Of a DNA stretch of 64,000 bases, positions 20,164 to 29,211 are shown one piece after another (position 1 is the stretch's first letter; every line of letters begins with the position of its first letter). Origin of the DNA: a virus (Duplodnaviria > Caudoviricetes). A program made the translations under genes and the position numbers. Location of the stretch: positions 5,357 through 69,356 of the IMG/VR virus record IMGVR_UViG_3300048861_000137, one strand, 5' to 3'. The notes beneath the pieces were generated by a model. It saw only the letters and a list, made by a program, of their open reading frames with translations, did no database searches and was not told the DNA's origin.

Positions 20164-20789
20164 GGCGCGCCGCTATTCTCCTCCTCTCCGTCTCGATCGG
20201 CTTCCCTTCTGCGGTGGGCGTCACCGAGGTCTGCGCGATCTCCTCCGATGCAGCATGGGCTAAGCGGCTGAGGGACATCGCCAACTTCAATACCCTGCAT
20301 CCTGGCTACGTGAAGAAGCACAACCTCACCCGGGACATGCATCGGGAGACGGCTCATAACCGGGCTTACATCGAGAGGCGCTGGAAACGGATGTGCTACA
20401 TCGAGGGGGCAGTAGGAATATCCCTCGGTCCTCCCTACGCATTTTCCATTCGCGCCGAGCAGCCTTCTGCTGGAGACGATGATGCGCCTCCTTTCAGAAT
20501 GAATAATCCCGATGACCTTGAGCCAGAGGCGAAACTGCTCACCGGACTGCTTCCCGATCAGGAGTACCCAGCATATGAGAATCCCTCGGTTTCGATCGAT
20601 AGCGGCTTGGCTGGCTATCCGTACCCTGCAGGCTTTTTGCCTGGCGGCTTTGCTCCTGTGGGCGGCGGTCATGGTGTACCTGATAATCCGCCTCACGTTC
20701 CGATAGCCCCGACGCCTGAGCCGACAACGCTCTCGCTGCTTGGAACCGGTTTGCTTGTGTTGGCGAAGTTTGCAAGGAGGATGCGTTGA
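20160..20789 (+). CDS. Secreted protein with PEP-CTERM sorting signal
   Basis: N-terminal MRRAAILLLSVSIG..; C-terminal TPEPTTLSLLGTGLLVLAKFARRMR (PEP + TM + basic cluster). Confidence 0.85.
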   Translation: MRRAAILLLSVSIGFPSAVGVTEVCAISSDAAWAKRLRDIANFNTLHPGYVKKHNLTRDMHRETAHNRAYIERRWKRMCYIEGAVGISLGPPYAFSIRAEQPSAGDDDAPPFRMNNPDDLEPEAKLLTGLLPDQEYPAYENPSVSIDSGLAGYPYPAGFLPGGFAPVGGGHGVPDNPPHVPIAPTPEPTTLSLLGTGLLVLAKFARRMR

Positions 20790-21091
20790 ATCCTGACATG
20801 ATGAGTCCGCGGCAACGGGAAGAATACCTAGCCAAAATCCGTGAAGAAGAAGCACGGCGATCAGAGTATTCACGACGAATAGTTCAGCGGGCCGAAGAGC
20901 AGTTCACGGCTGCCGAGGCGAAGCGCGTCCGGAGGAACGAGGAGTTTATGGACAAGATCGAGAATCACATCTTCCGACTCTGGCCCTCGCGCACACTCGT
21001 TTATCGCAACTGGGAAGGTCACTGGATCATTGCTTTCTGGTGGCGCGGCAATGCGCGTTTCTTCCGGCTGAGAGATCGGCGGTTTGTATGA
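20786..21091 (+). CDS. Hypothetical protein
   Basis: TTGA-coupled 101-aa ORF. Confidence 0.55.
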   Translation: MNPDMMSPRQREEYLAKIREEEARRSEYSRRIVQRAEEQFTAAEAKRVRRNEEFMDKIENHIFRLWPSRTLVYRNWEGHWIIAFWWRGNARFFRLRDRRFV

Positions 21092-21393
21092 AGATCCTCA
21101 TCCTCCTGCTGTTGTTCGCTCAGGAAAAAGTAGAGTTCCCGCAGATTGTCCGGGCCCAGATCATTATGGACCCCGTACAGGCTCGGTATCCAGGAAACGA
21201 GCACGTGAAGCAGTGTGGTCCGCAGAATCACGATAACGCCTGCTTCGACCCCAATCTGCATCACCATAATGCCCATCTCTATACGAACCTCAATACGTGC
21301 CAAAAGTGGGAAAAAGTCGAATGCACTGAGGTAGCTCTGGGATGGTGGATTCCGGTCGGCAAGGTTGTGATTGACGAGGTATCTACCAAATGA
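21088..21393 (+). CDS. Small putative exported protein
   Basis: MKILILLLLFA|Q; ATGA coupling. Confidence 0.55.
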   Translation: MKILILLLLFAQEKVEFPQIVRAQIIMDPVQARYPGNEHVKQCGPQNHDNACFDPNLHHHNAHLYTNLNTCQKWEKVECTEVALGWWIPVGKVVIDEVSTK

Positions 21394-21695
21394 AGATCCT
21401 CCTCCTCCTCCTGGCCGGCCACGCTCTCTGTGACTATCCGCTGCAGGGTGACTTTCTTGCCAAAGGTAAGAATCGTCATCTAAACCCAGGCGGCGGTTGG
21501 GTGAAAGCGATGACGGCACACTGCTTGATTCAGGCAGGGATGGTCCTACTCATCACCAACAACGTCTATCTCGCCTTCGCTGAGTTCGTTATTCACTTCG
21601 CTACTGACGTGGCTAAGTGCGAAGGCTATATCAGCTCGGACGTCGACCAAGCAATACACTACGCCTGCAAGATCCTGTGGGCGGTGCTGGCGTGA
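21390..21695 (+). CDS. DUF3307-family membrane protein
   Basis: HALCDYPLQGDFLA.GK...H...HFATD..KC...DQAIH. Confidence 0.85.
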   Translation: MKILLLLLAGHALCDYPLQGDFLAKGKNRHLNPGGGWVKAMTAHCLIQAGMVLLITNNVYLAFAEFVIHFATDVAKCEGYISSDVDQAIHYACKILWAVLA

Positions 21696-23440
21696 AGACG
21701 ATCTTCATTGCCGATCACTTCTGCGGAGCAGGCGGCACGTCCACTGGCGTTGCCGAGGCTTGCGAGGAACTAGGTCTCGAGATCGATATGCTGGCCGTGA
21801 ACCACTGGCAGGTAGCAATCGACACCCATACCAAAGCTCATCCGAAGGCAAGACACGTATGTGCCAGCCTAACGCATGTGAAGCCGAGGACGGTTGTGCC
21901 TGGAGGGCGACTTCACCTGTTAGTTGCGTCTCCGGAATGCACCAGCCACTCGATCGCTAAGGGCGGACGACCGCGAGACGAGCAGAGCCGCGCTACGGCG
22001 TGGGATGTATTGAAGTGGCTTCAGGAGCTCTACGTCGACAACCTCATCATCGAGAACGTCAAAGAGTTCCGCAAGTGGGGACCGCTGGGAGCGAACGGCA
22101 AAGCTCTGAAATCGAAACAGGGTGAAACCTACCGCGGCTTCCTCGAGTGCATTCGATCGCTCGGATATCGCGTAGAAGACCGGGTTCTAAACTGCGCTGA
22201 CTTTGGAGCCCCGACCAGTCGCGAGCGTCTCTTCATTATCGCTCGCCGCGGCAATAAGAAAATCTTCTGGCCCGAGCCTACTCACTCTCGTACCGGCCGG
22301 GCTGAACTCTTCGGCTCAAAGAAGAAGCACCGGACAGCAAGAGAGATCATCGATTGGTCGATTCCTAATCCCAGCATCTTTACACGGACCAGACCTCTAA
22401 AGCCTAAGACCATGCGGCGAATCCTTACGGGGATGGCGAAGATCAATCCGCAGCTCGCACCGTTTTTGGTACATCTCCGAGGCCAGGCTACAGGTCGATC
22501 ACTGGATGAGCCGATACCAACGCTCACAGCCGGCGGAGGACACTTGGCCTTGTGCGAGCCAATGATACTTGGCCAACAAAGCGGATCTGAGGGGCGATCA
22601 GTATCATCGCCCCTCCCAACAATCTCCACCGCCGGAGCAATTGCGCTGATTGAGCCAATCTTGGTCACAGTGAACCATGGCGAGGGATGTGAGACGCGCC
22701 GTTCGCAGTCAGTTGATGAGCCTCTAAAGACGGTCACTACTAAGAACGGCGTCGGGGTAGCTGAAGCTTTTATCCTTCCTCAGTTCGGCGAGGCTGAAGG
22801 GCGCTCCATCGATCGCCCCCTTGGCACGGTGACGACAACAAGCCGAGGCGTTGGTCTGGTTGAGCCGTTTATCGTTCCCTTCTTCGGAGAGCGATCCGGA
22901 CAGACACCGCGCAGTCATTCGGTAGACGATCCCATCCCTACCGTCACTAGCCATGGCGCCGGCGGACTAGTCGAACCATTCATCATACCGATCGACCACA
23001 CAGGCTCAAAGTCGGATGGATCGCGCAGCACCGATCAGCCTTTATCGACAATCACGACGGAAAATCGTCATGGTCTAGTCGAACCTTTCCTCACGAAGTA
23101 TTACGGCACGGGGACTGCCGCAACGGTGGATGAGCCACTCGACTCTGTGACATGCAAGGACCGATTCGGCCTCGTTCAGCCAGAGTGGAATGGTTACCGC
23201 TTAGACATTAGGTTTCGAATGCTGCAGCCGCATGAGCTTGCTGCCGCGATGACCTTTCCAAAGAACTATCCCTTTACTGGAACGAAGAGCGATGTGACAA
23301 AACAGATCGGCAACGCGGTCCCCCCGCTAATGGGCAGAGTGCTCGCCAAAAGTCTGCTCGAGGACTACATCCCGAAACGTAAGAAGCTCGCTGATGTGGT
23401 CGAGCTTGAATCACCTGAACGCATGGAGGTATCTGCCTAA
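21692..23440 (+). CDS. C5 cytosine DNA methyltransferase with internal repeats
   Basis: DHFCGAGG (motif I), ASPEC (PC), IIENV, RERLF, KQIGNAVP; GTG start coupled to the upstream TGA. Confidence 0.93.
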   Translation: MKTIFIADHFCGAGGTSTGVAEACEELGLEIDMLAVNHWQVAIDTHTKAHPKARHVCASLTHVKPRTVVPGGRLHLLVASPECTSHSIAKGGRPRDEQSRATAWDVLKWLQELYVDNLIIENVKEFRKWGPLGANGKALKSKQGETYRGFLECIRSLGYRVEDRVLNCADFGAPTSRERLFIIARRGNKKIFWPEPTHSRTGRAELFGSKKKHRTAREIIDWSIPNPSIFTRTRPLKPKTMRRILTGMAKINPQLAPFLVHLRGQATGRSLDEPIPTLTAGGGHLALCEPMILGQQSGSEGRSVSSPLPTISTAGAIALIEPILVTVNHGEGCETRRSQSVDEPLKTVTTKNGVGVAEAFILPQFGEAEGRSIDRPLGTVTTTSRGVGLVEPFIVPFFGERSGQTPRSHSVDDPIPTVTSHGAGGLVEPFIIPIDHTGSKSDGSRSTDQPLSTITTENRHGLVEPFLTKYYGTGTAATVDEPLDSVTCKDRFGLVQPEWNGYRLDIRFRMLQPHELAAAMTFPKNYPFTGTKSDVTKQIGNAVPPLMGRVLAKSLLEDYIPKRKKLADVVELESPERMEVSA

Positions 23441-23808
23441 TGGGACTGTACAACTTCAAATCACGCTTCGTTGAGCCGATCCGCCGCGGAGACAAGACTC
23501 ACACGATCCGCAGCAAACGTAAAAACCGCGAGAAGCCTGGCAATACCATGTACCTCTACTGTGGCCTCCGGCATCCTGGAGCCTACCGGATCATCGATCC
23601 CACGACCTGCACGAAAGTAGACGACATCTTCTTTGAGCGCGATGGCTCAATCTTTATCGCTGAAGTGAAGCTCGGCCTGGATGAGATGGAGCAGCTCGCG
23701 CGTCGGGACGGTTTCTCTGACCTGGGCGAGATGATGCAGTTCTGGGACGGGAGCTTCCCTTTTGACGGCGACATTATCCACTGGTTGTTCCCGGCGGTGA
23801 AGCCATGA
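23440..23808 (+). CDS. ASCH/PUA-like domain protein
   Basis: F...F.EPIRRGDKTHTIR...PG..MYLYCG.R...LARRDGF. Confidence 0.75.
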   Translation: MGLYNFKSRFVEPIRRGDKTHTIRSKRKNREKPGNTMYLYCGLRHPGAYRIIDPTTCTKVDDIFFERDGSIFIAEVKLGLDEMEQLARRDGFSDLGEMMQFWDGSFPFDGDIIHWLFPAVKP

Positions 23809-24023
23809 ACTTACCTACCCAGCTGGCTCCATCCCGGACTCGCCGGAAGGACGTAATCCTTGCCGCAGTGCGGGCAACGTCCGCGTTCTCCATCCACGCG
23901 CAGGATCTGTGCGGGTTCGATGTATTCGCCACAGAGCGAGCAATTGTGGCCCAACGGTGGGAGAACGATCTTCGATCGACGCATAGCGAAAGTTTACAAG
24001 TTGAGGGCAAGACCAATGTTTGA
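23805..24023 (+). CDS. Hypothetical protein
   Basis: ATGA-coupled 72-aa ORF. Confidence 0.5.
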   Translation: MNLPTQLAPSRTRRKDVILAAVRATSAFSIHAQDLCGFDVFATERAIVAQRWENDLRSTHSESLQVEGKTNV

Positions 24024-24222
24024 GGTAACACCAGAAGAGATCACGGCTCGCACCGTCTCATGCCCGGAGTGCAATGCTCCGGTCGGCCGGTGCTGCTACC
24101 GCTTCAAGTGGGAGAAGGGTCAACCGAACCCGATGCCACGCCCTTTCCACGCTCGCCGGCTCAAATACGCGAAGAAGAAGGCGCTCAGGGACGCCCAGCA
24201 GCCAGTGGGAGGTGCAGCATGA
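24016..24222 (+). CDS. Small zinc-finger protein
   Basis: VSCPECNAPVGRCC...FHARR. Confidence 0.65.
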   Translation: MFEVTPEEITARTVSCPECNAPVGRCCYRFKWEKGQPNPMPRPFHARRLKYAKKKALRDAQQPVGGAA

Positions 24223-24476
24223 GATTCGGACCGCACATCTCCCCAGAAGGCAGATACGCTCGCGAGATTGGGATAACCACCCGCACCCTCAAAAAATTGG
24301 GCGGCGCCGATAAGCTACGTTCCCTGGCCCCAGAAGTTCGCAATGTTCTTATCCATCCTTGGGTAAGCGGCAGGAGTCATGAGATCCCGCGCGGGGGTCA
24401 GCGCGCGCGCGGTTTTATACCTGGACAGCGAGGCATAGAAACACGGAAAGAGCAGGTTGCAGAGATCCATGGCTAA
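24219..24476 (+). CDS. Hypothetical protein
   Basis: GGAGG RBS, ATGA coupling. Confidence 0.55.
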   Translation: MRFGPHISPEGRYAREIGITTRTLKKLGGADKLRSLAPEVRNVLIHPWVSGRSHEIPRGGQRARGFIPGQRGIETRKEQVAEIHG

Positions 24477-25779
24477 GACGGTCCCAGGCTACACAGAATT
24501 CCCCGGGGATTACCTCATGGAGGTCATTGCGACCTGCTCCTTGGCCGCGCAAGGCCTCTGGAAGCGCATGGAGATGATCATGCACACCAGCGAGCGCTAC
24601 GGCTATCTCCAGCACCTTGGAAAGCCAATGCCTGACATCATGGTCGCTCGACGTATCGGTGTATCCCTCGACGAGTACAACGCCGTCCTCAAAGAACTGG
24701 ACGAGATCGGATGGATCGTCCGTGAGAAGAAGTCCCTGATCATCTACAGCGAGCTTCTCGTCAAGCAGGAGGAAAAGCGCTCCGGCAATCGAGAGCGTAA
24801 ACACAACGAGCGGGAGAACAAGAAACGGAACGGAGAGAAAACGGAGCAATTACGAGACGATTACGAAGCAATTACGAACGGATTTGAAAAAGATTTAGAT
24901 TTCGACCAAAACGAAGCAGACGACTCTCCATATATAGATAAGTCATTGATTTCACAAAATAATGGTCACAACAATGTCACACCTGCTGTCACAGCGCAGT
25001 CACGCGCTTGTCCTGGTAATGGAAATGGAGAAGGAAATGGGAATGGTTTAAGTATTTCTTCTTTACCTGAAAAACCAAATTCCCTTGAGGCACTACGCGC
25101 GACCGCCGAGAGCTTCGCCGAGGAGCAAGTCCGCAAGCGAAATGCCGCCGAGCCCGAACCTGACCCTGTCCCATCCGAGGAGCTCATCGAGGAAATCGCC
25201 CTTGCAAGCCCTGCGGCGGCCGCGAATGGCTGGACGGCGCTGAGCATCCACGGCAAGTCCATGGTGCTGAACCCGGTTGTCAACGCGGTGATCCTCGAGG
25301 CGAAGGAGCAGAACGTCACCGAGCGGGAGGCTGCGCTCTACCTGCTTGGCCAGGTGCGACGCGTGACCGAAGCGGTGATGCGTGAGCCGGGGTGGAAACG
25401 CTTCTGGACGGCTAACCGGATGGTGAAGTTCTACGAAGCGGTTGAATACCGCGATCTTGAGAAGTTCCAAGCATTTGCGAGCGGAGGAAGAGATGCAGGA
25501 AAGCCAGCAAGGAGCAGTGGCAATGGTGACGCGATACAGCGAGCTGTACAAGCGCGTCGAGCGAGGGCAGGGGGAGAAGATCTCAGCGATCGGGACGGCG
25601 CTGGAGATGCTGGCAGCGGGTTACGACAGGGCAGTGTCACCGGCGATGGTGGAGTCGTACCTGGACGCTCTGGAGGACCTGGAACCCCGGGAACTGGCGA
25701 TCGCGTTCAGCCGCGCGGCGAGGGAGGCCGAGTACATGCCTTCCCCGGCGTCTCTTCGGCGGCTCAGTGGCCGAGGTGA
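24469..25779 (+). CDS. Phage replication initiator (O/YdaU-like)
   Basis: FPGDYL...CSLAAQGLW..M..IMH...GYL N-terminal wHTH; internal AT-rich iteron region. Confidence 0.75.
   Translation: MAKTVPGYTEFPGDYLMEVIATCSLAAQGLWKRMEMIMHTSERYGYLQHLGKPMPDIMVARRIGVSLDEYNAVLKELDEIGWIVREKKSLIIYSELLVKQEEKRSGNRERKHNERENKKRNGEKTEQLRDDYEAITNGFEKDLDFDQNEADDSPYIDKSLISQNNGHNNVTPAVTAQSRACPGNGNGEGNGNGLSISSLPEKPNSLEALRATAESFAEEQVRKRNAAEPEPDPVPSEELIEEIALASPAAAANGWTALSIHGKSMVLNPVVNAVILEAKEQNVTEREAALYLLGQVRRVTEAVMREPGWKRFWTANRMVKFYEAVEYRDLEKFQAFASGGRDAGKPARSSGNGDAIQRAVQARRARAGGEDLSDRDGAGDAGSGLRQGSVTGDGGVVPGRSGGPGTPGTGDRVQPRGEGGRVHAFPGVSSAAQWPR
24847..25003. repeat. Putative replication origin (iterons flanking an AT-rich tract)
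   Basis: ATTACGA at 24849/24860/24871 (11-bp period); GTCAC at 24965/24976/24988/24999; AT-rich spacer between them. Confidence 0.7.
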
Positions 25780-26167
25780 GGAGACGGACCCGGCACGGGT
25801 GGACGCGATGAAATACCTCGCGAAGGTCATTGGCGCTCTACGCGAGTTCGGTCCGGAGCTGAAGCCGATACCGGGTGCGATCGTCAAGGACAAGGATGCC
25901 TTCGGGCGAGTTCTCATGAAACCCGAGAGAGCTCCGGCGACTCCTCCACCTGGGTTCAACGACGCCACGGAACTGGCAATTCGGCAGGTTGGAATGGGAA
26001 GTCGCGAATCCGGACTGGAGTTTATTTTCGGTCATCCCCTAGTACGTCCGGAAGGCCAGCGGCGCGTCCTAGACGATCCTAGAGCGTCGTTTTCGCTCAA
26101 AAACGCTGCTGAGATCGAAAACCGCTGGTTTGAGGCTTGGAAGCAAATTGCAGGGAGGAAGGGATAA
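25493..26167 (+). CDS. Putative helicase loader / replication protein P-like
   Basis: GGAGG RBS; YLDALEDL...AFSRAAREAEYMPSPASLR pattern; follows the initiator gene. Confidence 0.5.
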   Translation: MQESQQGAVAMVTRYSELYKRVERGQGEKISAIGTALEMLAAGYDRAVSPAMVESYLDALEDLEPRELAIAFSRAAREAEYMPSPASLRRLSGRGEETDPARVDAMKYLAKVIGALREFGPELKPIPGAIVKDKDAFGRVLMKPERAPATPPPGFNDATELAIRQVGMGSRESGLEFIFGHPLVRPEGQRRVLDDPRASFSLKNAAEIENRWFEAWKQIAGRKG

Positions 26168-26170
26168 ATC

Positions 26171-26461
26171 ATGGCTCAGTTCAGAAAGAAACCGGTAGTC
26201 ATAGAAGCGTGGGATACATATCAGGTCATGATCTCGGCCGCGAGTTCTTGGGGCGATGTTCCCGAGCCGATACGAGAGGCCTGCGACAAGGGGGATGTTC
26301 TCTTTGCAGAGGATCACATGGTCATCCACACGCTCGAGGGCGACCATCGCGCTGATCCTACAGACAAGATCATCCGTGGCGTGAAGGGCGAACTGTATCC
26401 GTGCAAACGGGACATCTTCGATGTCACCTACGAAGCAGTCGACGATGGGCAGAAAGCATGA
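26171..26461 (+). CDS. Conserved small phage protein (RKKPV...TLEG...GELYPCK.DIF..TYE family)
   Basis: Motif pattern seen directly; function not assigned. Confidence 0.75.
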   Translation: MAQFRKKPVVIEAWDTYQVMISAASSWGDVPEPIREACDKGDVLFAEDHMVIHTLEGDHRADPTDKIIRGVKGELYPCKRDIFDVTYEAVDDGQKA

Positions 26462-27342
26462 GCGCGGAGACACACGACGAGTACAAGGGAACATGGCTTC
26501 TCTCCTTCGAAGGCAAGGGTCACGTCCCAAAGATGGAGGATGGAATTCCGGACTGGACTGCGTACGCATCAGGCACTCACAACGGGCCGGTCTGCACGAA
26601 ATGCGGTTACGCCCGGTGCATGTGGTGTATCAAGCCGGAGGATATCGAGAGGTGTTGGGATGCCACTGGAACTAAGCATGAACCCAGAGATTTTCGAACT
26701 GACTTTCCTCCGCGTCGGCCTTTTGTGAATCCCTCCCCCGCGCATATCGATACGACCGCACCAGAAGTGATACGAGCTGAGGATCAGGTGAGGCCGAAGG
26801 ATCGGAACGAGTACGACCGTCAAGCCAACCGCAAGCCCACCCCATCCCCTATCGACACGACGGGGCAGGAGCCGGATAAGAAGCAAGGGTACGACTGTGC
26901 CAACGAGTGCGGCGATTCGCTGTATTGGAGTGAGTCGGACAAAGCTTGGGTGCACGAACGTAGCGGAAATTACTACTGTGACATGGGTGGAGAATCTTAC
27001 ATAGAAGGTGTTCCCCTCATTCCCGCCCCCGCATCTATCGCCACAACGCAGGGGGATGAGATAGATCAGGCATACAGAGTTGGTCGCGCAGTTGGAAGAA
27101 TTCTAGCCGAAGCTGAACCCAAACCCGCTCCACAAGCCGAGGCACAAGAGATCTTTGAGCAATGGAGACAGCGCAATAAGGATAAATATTGGATGGAAGA
27201 TTATGCCTATACCGATCTAGACATAACCCGAGTCGCTCAGGCAGCTTGGAACGCGCAGCAAGCGAAGATCGATGCCCTGGAGCAGAAGGTTGGAGAGTTG
27301 GAGAAAGAAGTTCACGAACTAAGGTGTAATGCAGGAAGATAA
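26458..27342 (+). CDS. Hypothetical mosaic protein with Cys clusters
   Basis: ATGA-coupled; CTKC..CMWC and CANEC motifs; C-terminal coiled coil. Confidence 0.55.
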   Translation: MSAETHDEYKGTWLLSFEGKGHVPKMEDGIPDWTAYASGTHNGPVCTKCGYARCMWCIKPEDIERCWDATGTKHEPRDFRTDFPPRRPFVNPSPAHIDTTAPEVIRAEDQVRPKDRNEYDRQANRKPTPSPIDTTGQEPDKKQGYDCANECGDSLYWSESDKAWVHERSGNYYCDMGGESYIEGVPLIPAPASIATTQGDEIDQAYRVGRAVGRILAEAEPKPAPQAEAQEIFEQWRQRNKDKYWMEDYAYTDLDITRVAQAAWNAQQAKIDALEQKVGELEKEVHELRCNAGR

Positions 27343-27350
27343 AGTTCAAC

Positions 27351-27686
27351 ATGAGCGAAGCTAAACGTCCCATTCCCGAACCCGACTGGGAATCACTCCC
27401 GGAATCAGTGAAGTCCTGGATCCACGATCTTGAGACCTACGCCGACCCAGCAGGTACATTGCGCGAGAACGTCTTCCTCAAGGAGACTGTGAAGGCAAAG
27501 GAAACGCTAGTCAAGGAGCTAGAAACCTCGCTAGAGACGAGCAGAGCCTACGTGACATTCATCCATGAAGAATGCCGGAGAACCGCCAGAGAAGCGGGTG
27601 CTCAGATAGTTGATACCACCCACGCAGGGGATGCCAACGTAGCAGCCAGAGAGGCCATCCGTAAATTGCGCGGCCGGCGGACTTAG
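27351..27686 (+). CDS. Hypothetical protein
   Basis: 111 aa, coiled-coil middle. Confidence 0.55.
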   Translation: MSEAKRPIPEPDWESLPESVKSWIHDLETYADPAGTLRENVFLKETVKAKETLVKELETSLETSRAYVTFIHEECRRTAREAGAQIVDTTHAGDANVAAREAIRKLRGRRT

Positions 27687-27883
27687 TGCCGGCCCTTTGG
27701 TCTCGTCTCCTCGAGCAACGCACGCTGACTGATTTCTTTCAATAGAACCCACTTGAAGGGATTCGTGGCTAGCAGGTCACTTCCTAAAACCTTCACAAGG
27801 AAGGCCAGTACTGCATAAGGGATGAATTTTCTGGGCACCGACACGAGTACATCATTCATGCTTGAAGCACGCTCCCCTTCCAC
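27683..27883 (-). CDS. Small putative membrane protein (antisense moron)
   Basis: Hydrophobic FIPYAVLAFLVKVLG; divergent from the acyltransferase across an AT-rich gap. Confidence 0.35.
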   Translation of the reverse strand: MEGERASSMNDVLVSVPRKFIPYAVLAFLVKVLGSDLLATNPFKWVLLKEISQRALLEETRPKGRH

Positions 27884-28099
27884 CGTCTATATATTGGCAT
27901 CACAAAACAATCGGACAAGCGCCACTATAACGCAATGCATCCTTCGCGTTATTGGATTTCCACACTCATATCATTCATTCTAAAGGGAGAGTACAGGCGT
28001 TAGTTCCGTACCTTCGTTTGGTCGCTTAGGGGTCAATTTCCAATTGGCCCTATTCTTTTGGGGGTGATATAAGGGGAACGCACCTCTCCTATATATCCA

Positions 28100-29206
28100 A
28101 TGAGCCATGCAGAGAAGCACATCCCCGCCTTGGATGGTATTCGCGGTTTAGCTGTCCTTTTGGTCGTCTTCTACCACACCGGTGGAGGCGCTAAGTCCTC
28201 ACATCTGGCCCTTCGCACGATCGGCACCGTCAACAAGTACGGATGGAGTGGCGTCACACTGTTCTTCGTGCTGTCCGGATTCCTGATCACCGGCATCCTT
28301 TGGGACACTCGAGAAGACCCGCACCACCTCAAAAACTTCTATGCGCGTCGGTCACTGAGGATATTTCCGCTCTATTACTTCGCTCTGGCGCTGGTATTTC
28401 TGGGTTCCATTCCGTACGGAGCGTTTCACGAATGCCTGAGTCGCATCTGGGTCTATGTCCTTTACCTACAGAATGTAGACGCCTTCGGACTTCACCCGCA
28501 TGCCCTGCCATCAACACTGATTACGGTTCACTTTTGGAGCTTGGCTGTCGAGGAGCAGTTCTACCTGCTTTGGCCGGCACTGCTGCTCCGGATGAAGACG
28601 CTGAAGCAGGCGCAGAATCTCTGCCTCGCAGTCATCGTCCTATCCGCTGTCGCCCAGGTGGTGTACGCCTTTACCTCGAATCCACTTCCCCATGGAGAGT
28701 CCTTGTGGGCCAACTCAGTGAGCCTGGCGCTCGGCGGGTTCATCGCTCTCGGCCTGCGCCGCGGGCAGAACTTCCAGAGCTTGGCCCGCTACCTGATGCC
28801 GGTAACCTTCGTGGTCTTCATCCTGGGAACGCTGGGCTCGAACCGCGTGAGAACGATATTCGACCTCAATGCGCTCACCCTTTTCTGGGGATGCCTGATC
28901 GTCATCTCTTTGCGCCCAGGACTGTTCAAGAGGATGTTCGAGGTGGGGTGGCTCCGCTGGATTGGGACGATCAGCTACGGAATGTACATCTACCACTGGC
29001 TGTTTCGCGAGTATTTTGATTCGTTTACATGGAAGATTTATCCTCATGCTAGCGAGTCTACGCACCAGGGGATTCGCTTCGTCATCACGTTCATCCTGAC
29101 CATAGGGATATCGTGGTCGTCTTTCAATTATTTCGAGCGACCGATCTCGAGGCTGAAGCGTCATTTCCAGTCTAAGACGGAAGCCAAAATCGCAATTGGA
29201 GTGTAG
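28100..29206 (+). CDS. Acyltransferase family 3 (OafA-like surface polysaccharide O-acyltransferase)
   Basis: IPALDGIRGLAVLLVVFYH, GVTLFFVLSGFLIT, FYARRSLRIFPLYY, HFWSLAVEEQFY, GTISYGMYIYH, FERP. Confidence 0.95.
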   Translation: MSHAEKHIPALDGIRGLAVLLVVFYHTGGGAKSSHLALRTIGTVNKYGWSGVTLFFVLSGFLITGILWDTREDPHHLKNFYARRSLRIFPLYYFALALVFLGSIPYGAFHECLSRIWVYVLYLQNVDAFGLHPHALPSTLITVHFWSLAVEEQFYLLWPALLLRMKTLKQAQNLCLAVIVLSAVAQVVYAFTSNPLPHGESLWANSVSLALGGFIALGLRRGQNFQSLARYLMPVTFVVFILGTLGSNRVRTIFDLNALTLFWGCLIVISLRPGLFKRMFEVGWLRWIGTISYGMYIYHWLFREYFDSFTWKIYPHASESTHQGIRFVITFILTIGISWSSFNYFERPISRLKRHFQSKTEAKIAIGV

Positions 29207-29211
29207 GAACT

